From positions 1,493,788 through 1,557,787 of the forward strand of contig NC_092676.1 of NCBI RefSeq assembly GCF_964355755.1: a DNA stretch of 64,000 nucleotides. Direction: 5' to 3'. This document shows positions 1-14,500 of the stretch, piece by piece. Position 1 is the stretch's first letter. Every line of letters starts with the position of its first letter. The translations under genes were made by a program, and so were the position numbers. The DNA comes from Antedon mediterranea (lineage: Eukaryota; Animalia; Echinodermata). The notes under the pieces are model-generated. The model was not told where the DNA came from, did no database searches, and was given only the letters and a program-made list of their open reading frames with translations.

Positions 1-625
1 CTGACAAAATCTTGTTTTTAATTTTGTGTTGTGATTTTTTGTTTTTTTTTCGATATTCATATAATAAAATTAAGTGGGTTTATTGAAGTAGCTTTTAGGC
101 TCTTAGCTCAAGAGAGTGCAGCAGTGAGTACTAGTAAGACTAGTCGGGCACTAGCCATACCTAGCTAGCCTATTTTAGGCCTGGTCTAGCCTACCTAGCG
201 TACTAGCCAGGCTAGTAATAGTTAGGCCTAGCCTAGCTAGTACTACCCTAGTACCTAGTCGTCCTAGGCTAGCCTAGGCCAAATAAGTACAAGGTAGGAG
301 AGGGTCGGGACAGGAGGACATGGCGCCTTCCTTGCTTGCTTAGAAATAGAAGTAGATACTTCATCCATGGAGGTATCTCCACGCTTCACTGTTGTTATAT
401 ATCGGCTTACATTTATTTACTCTGCTGGGCTGGGGTCCTAAGACAAATTTTGGATTATTTGATTTAGCTGTAATAAAATAGTAAATATTGATTGAAACAT
501 TTGACTTATTTACTTGTTTCCCGTACACTTGCGTCTACTTATTAAGTTTAAGTTTTCATCATAGTGTTTTAATTTGAAGGTGTGTTGAAACAGAATTAAC
601 TAGCCTCTAGGCCTAAATACATAGC

Positions 626-3600
626 ATGGGGAAGAAAGGAAAGAAAAAAGATGGAAGTGGCAAGAAAAGTGGAAAGAAAAAGGGAGGAAAGAAAGGAAAA
701 AAACCAAGTGAGCCTGAAATGACAATAAAGGAAGCAATATTGGCTTATCAGTAAGTTTGTTGAAACGACAATTAACTTAATTATAATTTAATAAATTGAA
801 AATATATTAAAATGTGTGTACCTACCAACATGCTATACAAAATATAAATTATTTGTTTAATTTTACTAGAATAAATATAAAAGAGAAAAGCCTTGAAGAA
901 TTTATGTATGAAATTAAAGGATTGGAAGAACAGAACACAAGGCATAAAGAACGAGTAAGTATGCTGGACAGGTTCAAAGTACATGGAATGGCAAGTAGAT
1001 TAAGTCTTGTACACAATGTACACTACAGTGTGTTCTGAGTTATGAGATGGTAACTGGTCTCAACAGAGCAGGGACTGTAGTTGTATCTGAAAAAAAAATA
1101 CTATTCTAAATATTTCATGCTGAATTTATAATTAAAATGTTTTTATCTTACAGAACCAGCGTTTAAAAGAAGAACAACTTTACCACATTAAAACATTATT
1201 AAAAGAAGCGAAAGACGACGACAAAGATGTTGAGCAGAAATCTGTGATTAGCAAAGCAGAAGTCGAGACAACGATGAAAGAGAAATGGGCGATAGAAAAA
1301 CAAGAACTTAAACATATCGAAGGTGTTTTCTTAGCAAATGATATTTCTAATATTTCGATTGTAGCTAATACAATTTGGCAATCGAAAGTAACCAGTGGTA
1401 TTTAAACTGTTACATACTTGCAAGAAATGTTAACCTATGCAAACTGGGTCACACTCACAGCCAGCATTCAATTTTCTCCACCCATCCCCAATTCCCCAGC
1501 ATAGATTGTCATATTTTATATAAATAATTATATTTAAAGCATCTTTGCCTCGTCTGTTTTTAACCTCTTGCTACGGCATTGGCAAAGCTAGATTTATGTT
1601 ACCATCAATTTACCATAGTCTATAAAAGTATTTAATAATAACTATAAAATGTGTATATTACTTCTTAAAAATTTGATTTATTTCATTTTTCTCTCAGAAA
1701 TTGAGCAGGAGATTGCAAAGAGAAAGCTTGAAGTTGAAGAAGCTAAAGGTCATGTGACTAAATGGCAGAACTACAAGGAAAAGGGAAGTCACGTGCACAC
1801 CAAACAAATCATTGTTCTGGAACATGAACTTGGTGACATGCAAAACAGCTTCCTGGAAATGCAAGGTAATCCATATACCGTAGTCCTCCGGGTATAATCC
1901 CACCCCCCTTGTACGTGAAATTTGCCCGAATTTGGGAAGTGGGACTATACCCGGGGATTTCCCGGTGCATGAACTGAAAATGACAATATTTCTTCTGGCT
2001 ACGATTTAGGCTATCTAAAGCTATATTCCGATGTAGGCCTAGACATTAGACTGCCAGGTCATCTAGGCCTAGGCGGCCTAATTGGTCTATGCCTACTGTA
2101 TAGATTTTCTCCCAGATTTCTACTTAAAAAATACCCTAAAATGTGATCTGGGCCTGGCGACATAACTCATACAAGTTCTCCGTCTCTCCCGATTCCCCAC
2201 GCTCGAGCTCTGTGCAAATCGCATGTTGTTGCATGGGACACGAACTACAGTACTGCTCCGGCCGGTATAGAGGGCGGTGTTTTTTTTATGGTAATCAAGC
2301 ATGCAGTAGTGTAAACAAGGCATGCAGAATGTACACGGCGAGCGAGTGTGCGGCGAATGCATGATGTGCAGAACGCGAAGATCGGGGCGATGATATTAAG
2401 GTTGTATTCAATTTTACGACGGCCAATGTTTGATGAGTTTTAAGTCAGCCGAATTCAGAGAAATTACTCTATTTTTTGGTGAGAATTTCTTTAAAAAAAA
2501 TCGACGTCGGCCAAGCTAGCTAGGCCTACCTCTTCTGTCCTAATGATAAATTATACACTGGGACTTTGCCCGGGGATATGCTTGCGTGCGAAGGTAATCG
2601 TAAAGTCGGGGGTGGGATTATACTCGAGGTGGGATTATACCCGAGGAACTACGGTACTATAAAGCACAGTTTACAAAAACTGTATGCCCAAAAGGCTTTT
2701 AGGCCAATATTTTTTTTTTCTTTTGTATTTTATGGTTTTTTGTTCTTTTTAAAGGGCATTTAGAGAAAACATTAGGTGTAGCAAAAGATGAAATTCGCAA
2801 ATCAACTGAGCAACGGTTAGATGAGCAAAAGTACATTGCATCAGAGGTTAGTCATCTTTTTGGAAAAATTGTTATTGTTTTCTAATTTAAACAACACATC
2901 TGATAAGTGACAATTATAGCACCTTCTGTTGTTTGGAGGTGCTTATGTTTGTTATCAAAATGGTATAGCACCCTCTATTATAATAATACTAGGCAGTATG
3001 AAACTCAGGGCGCGTTTATACAACACGCTATTACACGCATATTCTACACGCCTACGAGAAGTGTGTTGTATAACAACAAAGAGATTCCGTGTAATGAGAT
3101 TTTAATTGCAAAAAAGGCTACTTGGCTGAATCCTAAAATTTGGTGGATTCCCGGTCGCCGTTACCGTGTTGGAAGTGTCCTCAGGGTATATTTTGACCTC
3201 TCGTTAAACAGGTCGTAATATCAATCATGTCATGCGACGTCTAACAAGATTGGGCCCATTTATTGCTGCTTCGCTGCCAGCAATCATCCTCCTAGTCTTA
3301 CGCCTAGCCTGGTAGGGCCAACTCGTAGTGGTAGTAGGCCTCTGTAGACTATCGTTTCCCACTCCAAACAGAATAAAAAATAACATCGCAAAAATGGCAT
3401 CTTCTTCCATAGTGTATAGATGAAACAATGAAACCCTTAAAATAACTTTTATTAATTTAAATGAACCGAGAACAAAATAAACAACAATGCAAACGTGAAC
3501 GAATACAATAATGAAAACGGTAAAAACCGCGCGAATACATCGGACAGCGAGGAGGCGACGATGATTTGTGGACAACCCAGCCAACAATTCAATTCAAGCG

Positions 3601-5531
3601 ATCAACGATTTGACCTTTTATCCTAGCATGCACTGCGTGTTGATGAAACTTCCGGTACAACACGGTATCGTGATTTCTAGTATAACAGCAAACGTTAGGT
3701 GGGTTGACCTCGGTCCGAACAACACGCTAAAAATTAAAGCCGTGTTCAAATTTAGGGTGTTGTATAAACACGACCTAATTGACATCGTATATTTTAACAT
3801 CATTTTTTAAATTATTTTTTTCAGAAAGCAATGACAACTTTAGATAAATTTAGCACACAAGAAGTAAAAGATAATGACTGGTTAAAAAGAGAGGTGAATT
3901 AATGGTTTATATTGTCAGTGTTTTTATAAAATGAATGATTACTTCAACAAAATAAATTAAAAATTTCACTAGCAGGGGATGTCGTGGACTACATCCAAGT
4001 GAATCAAGAAGCTAAACAATCTGCCTTGTATTTCAATCAAATAGCCAAAAAAAAAGTCTACTGTTGCGTTCTTGCAGCCGTCTTGTTCTGGTGACATATG
4101 GCCCTCATTGACAGATATTAGTATCACTGGTCAGTTGACTTCACTGCTGGTGTACTTGAGATCTACATTTTTACCATGTATACACTTTTATTCTAATTCT
4201 TTCTAGCATTTACTTTATATTTTTAAGGTGCACGGTACAAGGTAGCTCCCTCATAGCACCACCCTAAACACACCACAGTGTATTATTATGATATTCTTAT
4301 TCTCTTCATAGACTCACATTCATAGAGAGGAAAAAAATTCTTTACAAGAGGAAGTTGAGCAGTTAGAACATGAAAACCTTGGTATTATGAGTGAACTGTT
4401 TGATTGTAAAGTGTCTGACCTCAAAATATCCAGGTGCACTACATATTTAAATATTAATATTAGCATAAACAGGTGTGCAATTTGATATATTAGATACACC
4501 ACTAGGTATTAAAGTAACCAAATTATAAATTTTTTAAAACTTTTACTTTTCATTTGACAGAAACTTTTTCCTATCACAATATTCTGACGAAGATACACAA
4601 CGTAAATTTGGACTTTTAGAAAATGATTTATCTCAAATTGAACCAACAAGTTCAAAGATTGTATCAGGTGTGTGCTTATTTTAATCAAATTTATAAATGC
4701 TATTTATATATTGTACATATAACTTTTAATAAAAAATAATATTGGCAGGGTAGCTATCATAGGATTTAGCTTATCATCTTAAATTGAGGTGCAATTTATT
4801 ATTAGAAAAAGTACAATATTTTGAATTTACACTAAATAAAACGTTGGAAGATCCAAATTAGAATAAAGTTGTGTTTTTATCTTATTTATAAATAATGTGT
4901 ATTCTCATACAGGTAGTAGGCCTCTCAGTGCAACCCAGAGGGCGGTAGAAGCCAAATTAGCTAGTTTGAAACTGCGTGAAGACGGTGCTTCCTCTGGTGC
5001 GGAGAGTGACCATCTGGATGATGACCCTACTGAATGTCTTCTGAGATATGAAGATGAAGAATTTGATGTAAGGAATAGCAATAACGATAATTAAATTGAT
5101 TTATTTTACCAAAAAAAAAATGTGTCTTACATAAAGGGAGAATTGAATTACTTCCAGTTATGTCATAATGTCATATAAACTAACAAAAACAATTAAAAAG
5201 TGTCGCATCACTCTCATACGGTATACTGACAAGCATTCGGGGGAAATAAAAGGTTCCCCAGCTCCAATGGCGCGCTAGTATCAGTCGTGTGTTTTAGTAG
5301 ATAGAGTAAACATTAGTGCTATTATAGATGTTACAAAGTTCGGATTTTTTTTCTTAATAGGAATACTTAAAACTCGGTCCTGTGGAGCTAAAGTTGTTGA
5401 GTATCAGTGGAGAACAGAAACCAATTCATCCTCCTAAGAAACTGTCAAATAAGGAAGTAGAAGCAAAGTTATCGGCACCTGATATTTGGCCAGTTACTGA
5501 AGACATGGTTAATAAGCTGGCTACTACATGA
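626..5531 (+). CDS. CCDC83: Coiled-coil domain-containing protein 83-like, 10 coding exons
   Basis: Manually spliced, phase-consistent GT-AG exons: 626-750, 870-954, 1154-1322, 1698-1865, 2755-2846, 3825-3893, 4312-4433, 4561-4667, 4913-5067, 5361-5531. Peptides EAILAYQ, NQRLKEEQLYHIKTLLKE, MKEKW, NDWLKRE, LEHENLGIMSELFDCKVSDLKISR, LLRYEDEEFDEYLKLGPVELKLLSI follow recalled vertebrate CCDC83 motifs in the same order. Confidence 0.88.
1878..2654. mobile_element. Tc1/mariner/pogo-type MITE in CCDC83 intron 4
   Basis: Terminal inverted repeats CCGTAGTCCTCCGGGTATAATCCCACC / GGTGGGATTATACCCGAGGAACTACGG; TA on both flanks (1876-1877, 2655-2656); no coding capacity. Confidence 0.8.
2993..3792. mobile_element. 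Degenerate MITE-like insertion in CCDC83 intron 5
   Basis: Inverted GTTTATACAACAC / GTGTTGTATAAAC motifs near both ends; interior more GC-rich than flanks; ends imprecise. Confidence 0.4.
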
Positions 5532-5539
5532 TTACTTTT

Positions 5540-7035
5540 TATTATTAGGTTATATGCATGATATGCATATAACCTCTTGATTCTGTCAAAATCTTTATTT
5601 ATTTATTTATTTATTTATTTATTCTTTCCTTAGCACTATTTTGTCCGTGCATTATCTTGGCATCAGTTTAATCTAGCTAAGTCAAGTTTTCAGAGTATAT
5701 TCCTTATGGCCAGGAATCGATGTGGTTATATTTTCACGATGCGTAATCAAAAATTACGCGGTCTACGCGCGATTTTACGAAATCACGTTTGTAATCATAT
5801 CTTCACAAGCATGAATCACAATTAAACAAAATTTGGTACTCATAAATTTCAGGTCATATTTCATCATATGGCAATACAATTACGTGCGTAGCGCATATAA
5901 CGCTTGCGTACGCGCGCTTAAAATGTTCAAAATTGTCAAAATTTATTTTCGATGAAATTAGAGTACGTTTCAGGCAATTTTAAGCGTTTAAAAAATTGCC
6001 ATGAGTGCGCAAATTTTTGCACGCGCACTGCGCGTTAAACGTTAATGCGCACTCTTTTTGCCCGATTTCTGTTTTACAATCTTTCTTTAATAATATCATC
6101 ATATTTGATTCAGGTTTCAACTCGGAATTGCGTTATACGAGCACGTCAAAAGTGATTGGCTACGCACGTATAAGTTAACAAAATGGTGAAAATATGCTAA
6201 ATTTTTAAATTAATATATATCGTCAGAATGCAGGGGAACACCTATTTTTTATTTCATTTTCTTGAAGTGTATGTATCATATGTATGATTTATTATCAAAT
6301 TAAGAGAACCAAAGTTGATTAAGTCATCATTAATTGCATATTAAATTTAAAAAAAATAATTTCGACAATCAAACAAATTATGACATTTTCTTAGGCCAAA
6401 ATAACAAACTTAACATTAACTTTCTTCCTTCAAAAGTTCATATATTAAAGTTAAAAGTATGTAGTTTGACAGTGCATCATTTGTTTACATTTTAAAGATG
6501 TCATCATAGTAAAAAATTATAATTCATTTCGGTATGTAATAATCTATTTGCATCAAAGTGGTTACTGCATAGTAAATACACGGAGGAATCTTTCTACAAA
6601 TTTTAGTCAGTTGTGTATGGCTCGGTGGTCTGTGCTCGTGTCTATGGCATTCAAGGTACCGAGATCGAGTCTCACCTTGGGAAACGAAATAAGATTTTTT
6701 TTTTATTATCCGTATTGTTTGTTCAAATTTATTTCTTAGTGTATAGATTATACACATGATTTATAATGAAATCTAGATAAAAATTAACTTATGTCTTTAT
6801 TATTATGTAACAACAAATGTGGTTTATGACATTATACGCATATGGATCTTTGATCGGATTGTGATACCGGCTATGGTGTTCGCGTTAGCAAGGTACTAGG
6901 TCCTATCATATATTATAAATAATTAAAGATTCTGAGAAAATCAATCAATCAATATATCTTTAAAAAATCAATTATCTTTATTTAAATCAATGCATATAAC
7001 CTATAATTCGTCATAGTGACGAATTAAATCTAGTT
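5540..7035 (+). mobile_element. Non-autonomous Helentron (HINE/DINE-1-like) just after the CCDC83 stop codon
   Basis: 5' subTIR AGGTTATATGCAT (5547-5559) with adjacent inverted copy (5563-5575); (ATTT)n at ~5594-5623; 3' subTIR ATGCATATAACCT (6990-7002); 10-bp stem-loop TAATTCGTCA-tag-TGACGAATTA (7004-7026) followed by CTAG-TT. Confidence 0.78.
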
Positions 7036-7489
7036 AAATATTTAATTGTTTGATAATAAAAATAATGCACTGCCCTTGCAGCATTTATTTCGTTCAATAA
7101 AATAGAAAATTCTTTTCCATACACTACTGTATAACATCTAAAATATGTAAAGCAAAAACAACAAAGTTTACATACTATTCATTAATTAGTAATAAAAATC
7201 CATAAAATGTCTTACCAAGGACATATGCTAAGTGTACAGATTGCGATTCGAACTGCTGCCTCATAATCAAGACATCTGAACCGACTGGGCGACTTTAGCA
7301 TGGTTCCTCATAATATTTAAGTATGTTAATGTATGTTAATGTATGTTAATGTATGTTGATTAATTCTGAAAATGAAAAGATAAATATTCCTTTAATGCAG
7401 AAATTCTTTTCAAATAAATTATTTATGAATTACCTGTTTTTTCCCTGTATTATTGTTTCCTATTTCAACTAAGGTACTAACTGCAACTA

Positions 7490-7629
7490 AAGCTCTGTCT
7501 ACACTATCAAACTAGTTTGACCAAAAAAAGTGTGATGTGCCCAAATATGGTAGTGATATGACATCATGTCCATGTATGGGCACATCACATTTTTTGTTCA
7601 CATAAAGTTTGATAGTGTAGATAGAGCTT
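7490..7629. mobile_element. Palindromic MITE (~140 bp)
   Basis: AAGCTCTGTCTACACTATCAAACT ... AGTTTGATAGTGTAGATAGAGCTT, plus inner GTGATGTGCCCA / TGGGCACATCAC inverted repeat; TA/TWA flanks. Confidence 0.75.
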
Positions 7630-8565
7630 TAGGTACAAATTGCAAATAACTAATTACATACAACCAAGATATGAATTACAACCAAGCTACTAATTACAAC
7701 CATGCAACTCCATGAACTGAATACCACTTCTGGGCTGCAGCAGGCTTTTGATATTACCCATCATTCCTTTGGATAGTTTTAAATCTTTTTTGAAAGATTA
7801 GAAAAAAAAGTTTTTAAAAGGGTGTTTATACAAATTATATATCTATCTATATGTCTATACAAATTGTTGGGAATTCGCGATTTTCGCGCGCCCTTTATTT
7901 TCGCGATCGTAGTTCAATCGCGAAAATAAAGAGCGCGCAAAAATGTTGGGTTTTACAGTATCTATCCGTGTCTCTATTCAAATTGTATACAGTAACACAA
8001 TGTTCCTATGGAAACATAGAACAATGGAAGACAGTATAGGCTACACCGTAAAAAAATACCGATCAAAATGACGACGACTCGACAACAATGTATGTGTATG
8101 CACCGTCCGTTTTGGCATTTAAGATTAATAGCTCCATAAAAGCTATGTACTACCAACAATTAGCAAACATAAGTCATCTCGCTACAATTAGCGCACGTTT
8201 CATCAGCCCGACAAAAAGGAATTTTATAACACAAGTATGTTTGTTAATACTGATCGCCTATTTCATTTACCAATCAACAAAGCCAAATGACTTTGTACGC
8301 GCGTTTACAAACGGCGATTCGCTAGTGCATCATCAGACAACTGACCAATCACAGGGTAGACTTTTGACTACCGGCAGACAAGTAGGGTGCTCCGAACGGA
8401 ATTAAGCACCGCGCGGTCTCCACCTGCTTCGTTCCCATACTCTATTTTCAAATAACCGCGTATCATAAAAATCTTGAAGCTAGTTTATCGGATAGTAGGT
8501 AAATTACGCAAGATCGTCTCTCTGGTCCACAAGAGATGTTTTCGAGGTAAGAAGAAGAGCGACTG

Positions 8566-11500
8566 ATGACGATGATGATGGAGGAAACACTATTTTCTCT
8601 CACTGTCAAATCGGCAGTCAAAGTTAGTAAGTACTAAAGTGTCATAGTTTTATTTACTTAACTTATCTTTCAGCTTTTTATCAATTAGGCCTGTATCATG
8701 AATAATAATAATTTTTACATTTTTATAATATTTCATGTTTTTTTATAAAATTACATTTTCAAGTGTTTGTTGCATTAATCCAATAAAGTCAGATATAATA
8801 TGTACGTTGGTGGAACGGAACGATTTTGTCATGTTAGGAATATATATAATAACGAATTTGACGTATTGCTTTATACGTCAAGCGTTTGTGTCTGTATGAT
8901 AGGCCGACTGTTACGTAGTCTATAGCACCTGAACAATGTCACAGGGTCCTGAAATAGACGCACGTCAACATAAATATTGTTAGTTTACGGTTCTGTCACT
9001 ATAAAACTAATCTTTGACACAAAATTAAGATGTAAAACACAAAACTTTAACTGCATCGGCAACAACGAAATTAAATCTAAAGAAACATAAAAAAACTAAA
9101 AATTAAATAAGAATAACCGAAGTGCGACTGTGTTAAATATAGTGTATATTCTTGTCTTGTCATGTTGCTGTTTAACGGCAACTCATATTTGGCAAACAAA
9201 ATTACTTTACATAATCAAATATCTCTGTATTAATTAGACCTAGGGCCTACCACAAACGAAAAGAATTTCAAATACAAAATGTATTGTTTTCTCTTTAAAA
9301 AAATGCATGCGTCAAAGCTTATTGCCATACCCTTTATTTTTATAGCGAATCCATCACAGGTTAATTAAAAACTATAAATGCATTGATTGGTAAATACGAT
9401 ACAGTAATTGGAATGGTTTCGGTAAAATACCAAACCATTTTCATGCCTAAAAAAAAATGATAACGTTTAAAGAATAATTTTAAAAAGTTAACTTGACATT
9501 TTGCATTTTATAGCGCGGCACAAACGCAATGCGCTCCGCACAAACGCAATACACTCGGTACAACGCAATGCACTCCGCACAAACGAAATGCGCTCCGCAC
9601 AAACACGTTTAACTTGCACAAGACTCCTTATAAAGTGATACAATACTTAAAGGTTTTTTTTTATAAATTGAAAACAATGTTTAGGCTAATTGTTACAGAG
9701 AACAATTATTACATTTTATTCAAATATTAATTAATAAAATAATTATTTTATTTATAACTTGTAACGCTTGGAAGTGAAAGTTTGCTGTCAAGCTGTTGGA
9801 TGATTACAATAAGTTATCGTTAAATGGAGCTAACACTTGTTAGGCCTGGCATCATCACGAATCAGTGAACAGTCCCAGCTGACTGCTGCTCTCGGTGTGA
9901 ATGGCAACAAAGCAGTTAGCCGATGCTTGGCCTACGATGTACAAAACTACAGTAAATCACTAAACAGCTTATTCAATCAACCGATTATTACAAGAATGTC
10001 ACAATTGCTTCGGGCCAATTTTTCTCAGTCATAAATTTCTTTTTTCACTTTAAATTCTATTCTCTATATTTATTCTACAGGATTAACAATTCTGGTTAGC
10101 ATCTTTACATTTTTTAAATTTCATACGCATCCAATAGCGAGTAACTCGCCAATTATTACAGGATGGATAAACTATTTTATAACCCAGTCACCAGGTCAGG
10201 ATTGAACCCTGGACCCTGGGATTGGGAGGAAAGCACGTTAACCACCAAGCTACAGCTCCACTACAATTCTGGTTTATTAATTAATTCAATGTTTATTTCA
10301 TGATGATTCGACTTAATCTAGAAATATTGAATTTTATAAAGACGTTTTTGCTTTTCGTCGTTAAATTTTAATTTGAGTGCACGCGCGTGTAAGAAATTGG
10401 GCTGCGCAGTAATTGTGACTTACACAATTTTATCAACATACAAAAAAACGTAAAAAATTAAAGTATTTGGAATCAATTAGTAACCTGTTACGTTTTGAAC
10501 ACAAACAAAATACAACATATTACAACCTGTGACAAAGTTATCAAATTATTAAGCACAGATATTTCACAAACACAAACGAATATCATTTAGCAATTATTTC
10601 CAGTGTTATTAATTCAAAGACAGTTTTCGCTTTGTGACACTCGTTTTGTAGTGCAATGTTACCGTGCTTAGCGACGCTGTATTATAATACGACTTTTAGC
10701 AACTTGCTTATTTTGGTAGCATCTTTCTGACTAGTGATTGGCTAAGCCATCGGATAAGTTAGAGTAAAAGCGTCAAAAGCTCGCACACGCGGTGTACTTT
10801 TGCTTGGATTTTTAAAAGGAAGCCACGGCTAAAATATAAAATGACAATGAAAGTTACTAAAGGTAAGTTGGATTAATTAAGAAAATCTTACTAAGAGTTG
10901 TATGTTTAGGCAAACGGGACCGTAACCATGAGAACGAGAGGGGAAGGCGCGCGAAGTACACTCTCTTACATAATTATTTTAGTACATTATAAGCTACCGT
11001 ATGTGTTTTCATATTTCTACAATTAACTACAACAAAGGTACGGTGTATATATACAAGGAAGGTTCTTGTTTTCATATTTCTTTTTCGCCACCAATCCATT
11101 GGAATATATAACACTGCAGATAAAATATCTGGAGTAGCCATCCCCACGACCAAAACGACAAAAACGACAAAAACGTATCCCGACTGCATAACTTTTGCTA
11201 TTGGTCTACATTATTACAACTTTAACTGCGCTAGACACAAACGTGTCTCCTCTGATCCAAAAAGAACAACACAACTTTGACAAACTGTACATTTATCAAT
11301 GGCGTAACGTGGAGACCCGAAGCCCCTGGTTTAGGAACCCGAAGTGGCTTTCCAACGCTGGCGGGCATCGGGCGTTTTTTTGACATTTTTCCGACATATT
11401 TTAATGTCTGTTTTTTCTTCTGGGCACTGCTCAGGCCCCCATAAGCTTCTTCGGGGCCAATGGGTTTAGCCAGTGAGCACTCATATACGTTATGCCATTG

Positions 11501-14500
11501 TTCATACTTATTTTGCGTCATTTGAATACTTGGGTAGCTATGATAGACCTTTAGATACAGACAACAATTCTCGACAGTGTTTACCAACGACGACGGAACG
11601 ACGCGGCGACGTAACGCAAGTTGTTTCTCCGACAAAGTACTGCACTTCTCCGATGAATTATTAATGTAAACATACTAATTGATAATTAATAAGTGCTTTG
11701 TATATTACATGATGTATATTAAACACAATCAATGTGTCAAATTGTAATGTAATTCTATGTATTCATCTTTTAATACATTCGCCATATCGACTAATTAGTG
11801 TTGAATGTTTAATTCAACTCCAAATTATTTTATTTTTACTTGATGTGTTATCAGCGCATTCAGAGCTTGCTTATAATATGCTTCACTCTAAAGCTTGGTT
11901 CATAGAACGCAACGCAAAGACGTAAGCGCAACGCAAAGACGTAACCGCAACGCAAATACGTAAGCGCAACGAAAAGTCGTTAGCGCAACGCAAATGCGAT
12001 TGGTCAACTTACTTGCGTTGCGCTTAGCGTTATGTCCTAGTGTGAACTAAGCTTTAATAATGATTAACTATCATCACATTAAAATGTGTCTTTTACAGGT
12101 GAGCGGTTGTTAGATATCCCATGTAAGGTGTGTGGGGACAGGAGCTCAGGTAAACATTACGGGGTGTATGCGTGTGACGGTTGCAGCGGCTTCTTTAAAC
12201 GTAGTATCCATAGAAACCGCGCGTACTCGTGTAAGTTGTCAGGACAACGGAGTGGGAGCTGCCCGATTGACAAGACGCATCGTAATCAGTGTCGAGCCTG
12301 CCGACTTAGGAAATGTTTTGATGTCAACATGAACAAAGATGGTAAGATATTTATAACATTATTAGAAATAAATTATCGTCATAATTATTCTTATCACTAA
12401 TTATTAGTCTTACTCAGCAATGTGGTGGTCCCATTAGTCCCATTTCGAGGAAAACCTCCACAAACCCACCATCAAATTTATGTAGGATTATATAGGTTTC
12501 AACTTTTAATCTTGGGATACCAAAGAAACATTAATGATTTATCTAAAATATATATCAGACATTCATCATATACATAAAACTTTGTTAAACATTTGTTACT
12601 AAACGTTCCTCAATACAAATATATTTGTTTTAATCTTACGCACGCATTCCTAAGCACGTCTCATGTATCCTTGTTACTTCGATTGATTTTTCAATTTCTC
12701 AACCGACTAAAAGCCCATCACAACACGATTGTGTGTTTGCCAAATCAGCGTAAAGAATAGGGAAAAAACAGTGTCAGTTAGTCGCTATATTCCCCGCGGC
12801 CTTATCTCTAGGAGTCGATCGTCTGGCATCTGTTTACACACCTTGATATTGGTTCGATAATTTTGAAACCGAACCCCGAAAAGAGGCAAAAAAACACTGT
12901 TACCGCTCCGGATTATGATGTTGTATATAATATGGCAATCGTGTTTATTGATTACCGATTGCAAGTACTTATGTTTCCTTCGCATGACCGATCACAAATT
13001 ACTTATCAGTCAAAATGCATTAATAAATATTGCAAGATTATTATTAAGAAATCAAGTACCGTTACGCGATGACGTAATTAGAAGTATTGACCAATCGCAA
13101 CACATGCCCGAAGTTATACATTAAGAGGTGCTTTTGCCAACACGGATGTATCTAATTAAAATAGTTTAACTATTCAACGGTTATAATAAAGTTATTATTA
13201 TAAAATCGAGATATATATATATATATATACAAATGTTATCAAATCAAACTAGTAGTCGAACTATTCGGAACGGTTATAATAAAGTTATTATTATAAAATC
13301 TATCTACATGTCCACTTTTTATCCTCTTTTTTGTCCTCTTATTGACCAATCGCAACACACGCCCGAAGTTATACATTAAGAGGTGCTTTTGCCAACACGG
13401 ATGTATCTAATTAAAATAGTTGAACAGTTATAATAAAGTTATTATTATAAAATCTATCTACATATCCACTTTTAGTTTTTTACAAGCTTTATTTTATCAG
13501 TGTGGTTGATCCCCACACCGTATGCCCCGATATTAACCAAACGGACACGTTAGAAGTAAAGTTAAAAAATTGTCTAATTGAAATACATATGGCATGCTGC
13601 TATGTCACAATTTAATATTTTGAAATATCGGATATTGATTAATTGATTGATCACTTCAGAATAAATATTCCATATATACAACAAACAATACAACGGAAAA
13701 TCACACTAAAATAGGATTTTCTCTCATTTAGTTTAAGATGTATTGTCCCTTGAAACACAAAAAATGAAGATCAAAATATTCTAAATTTAAATTGGCCATA
13801 TTAAAGCAATATTAAAGTTATTCACTTTAAGTCGAAAATTTGAGCCAAAAACAACAAATTTACGTAATTAACAGGTAAATTAATTTGATTACATTTCGTC
13901 TGGAAAATCACGAGCGAAAGTAAACAAAGATTTCAAACCACGAGTATGAATTATGCATGATGGTAATTAGGATTGTTTACAACTCGTCACGGTTGAGAAG
14001 GTGTTTTCACACAGATCGCGAGAAAGTTTTATGATTATGCATACAAAGTAGCCAAACAAGCGCGTTGCATTATGAGATATGTTTTGATCGAAAACAAAAA
14101 AACGTCCGTATTTCAGTTAAATTATTTTTTTTTCAACTAATTTTTGGTGAAAGTTAATAACTATTATGATACTTCAAAATGACCCACTTTTTTTCAAAAC
14201 ATTTTTAATTAGTCAAAGGGACAATACATCTTTAAGAGATATGAAGTAGTTCCGGTGTGTGCCATCATCATTGGGAATAATGAAAGTCAACTGTTCTACC
14301 AATATTTTACAAATTCCAATTGTTATTTTTACTACGGCTAGACGCATTGTAATACTTCCAACAAATTGTCCACGTTTATAATTACTTCGAATAACATGTA
14401 TACCTTAAATAAACAAGTTCATTGATTTGATAATGACGTCAGTTGTTTAGCTTTTGTTCCCAACATTGATGCGACAAAATATCTATCGACTTCTTGACAC

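Noticed and set aside
10185-10260. tRNA gene (also 48570-48645 and ~7240-7295)
   Set aside because: A and B boxes are present but there is no complete cloverleaf; these are SINE heads.
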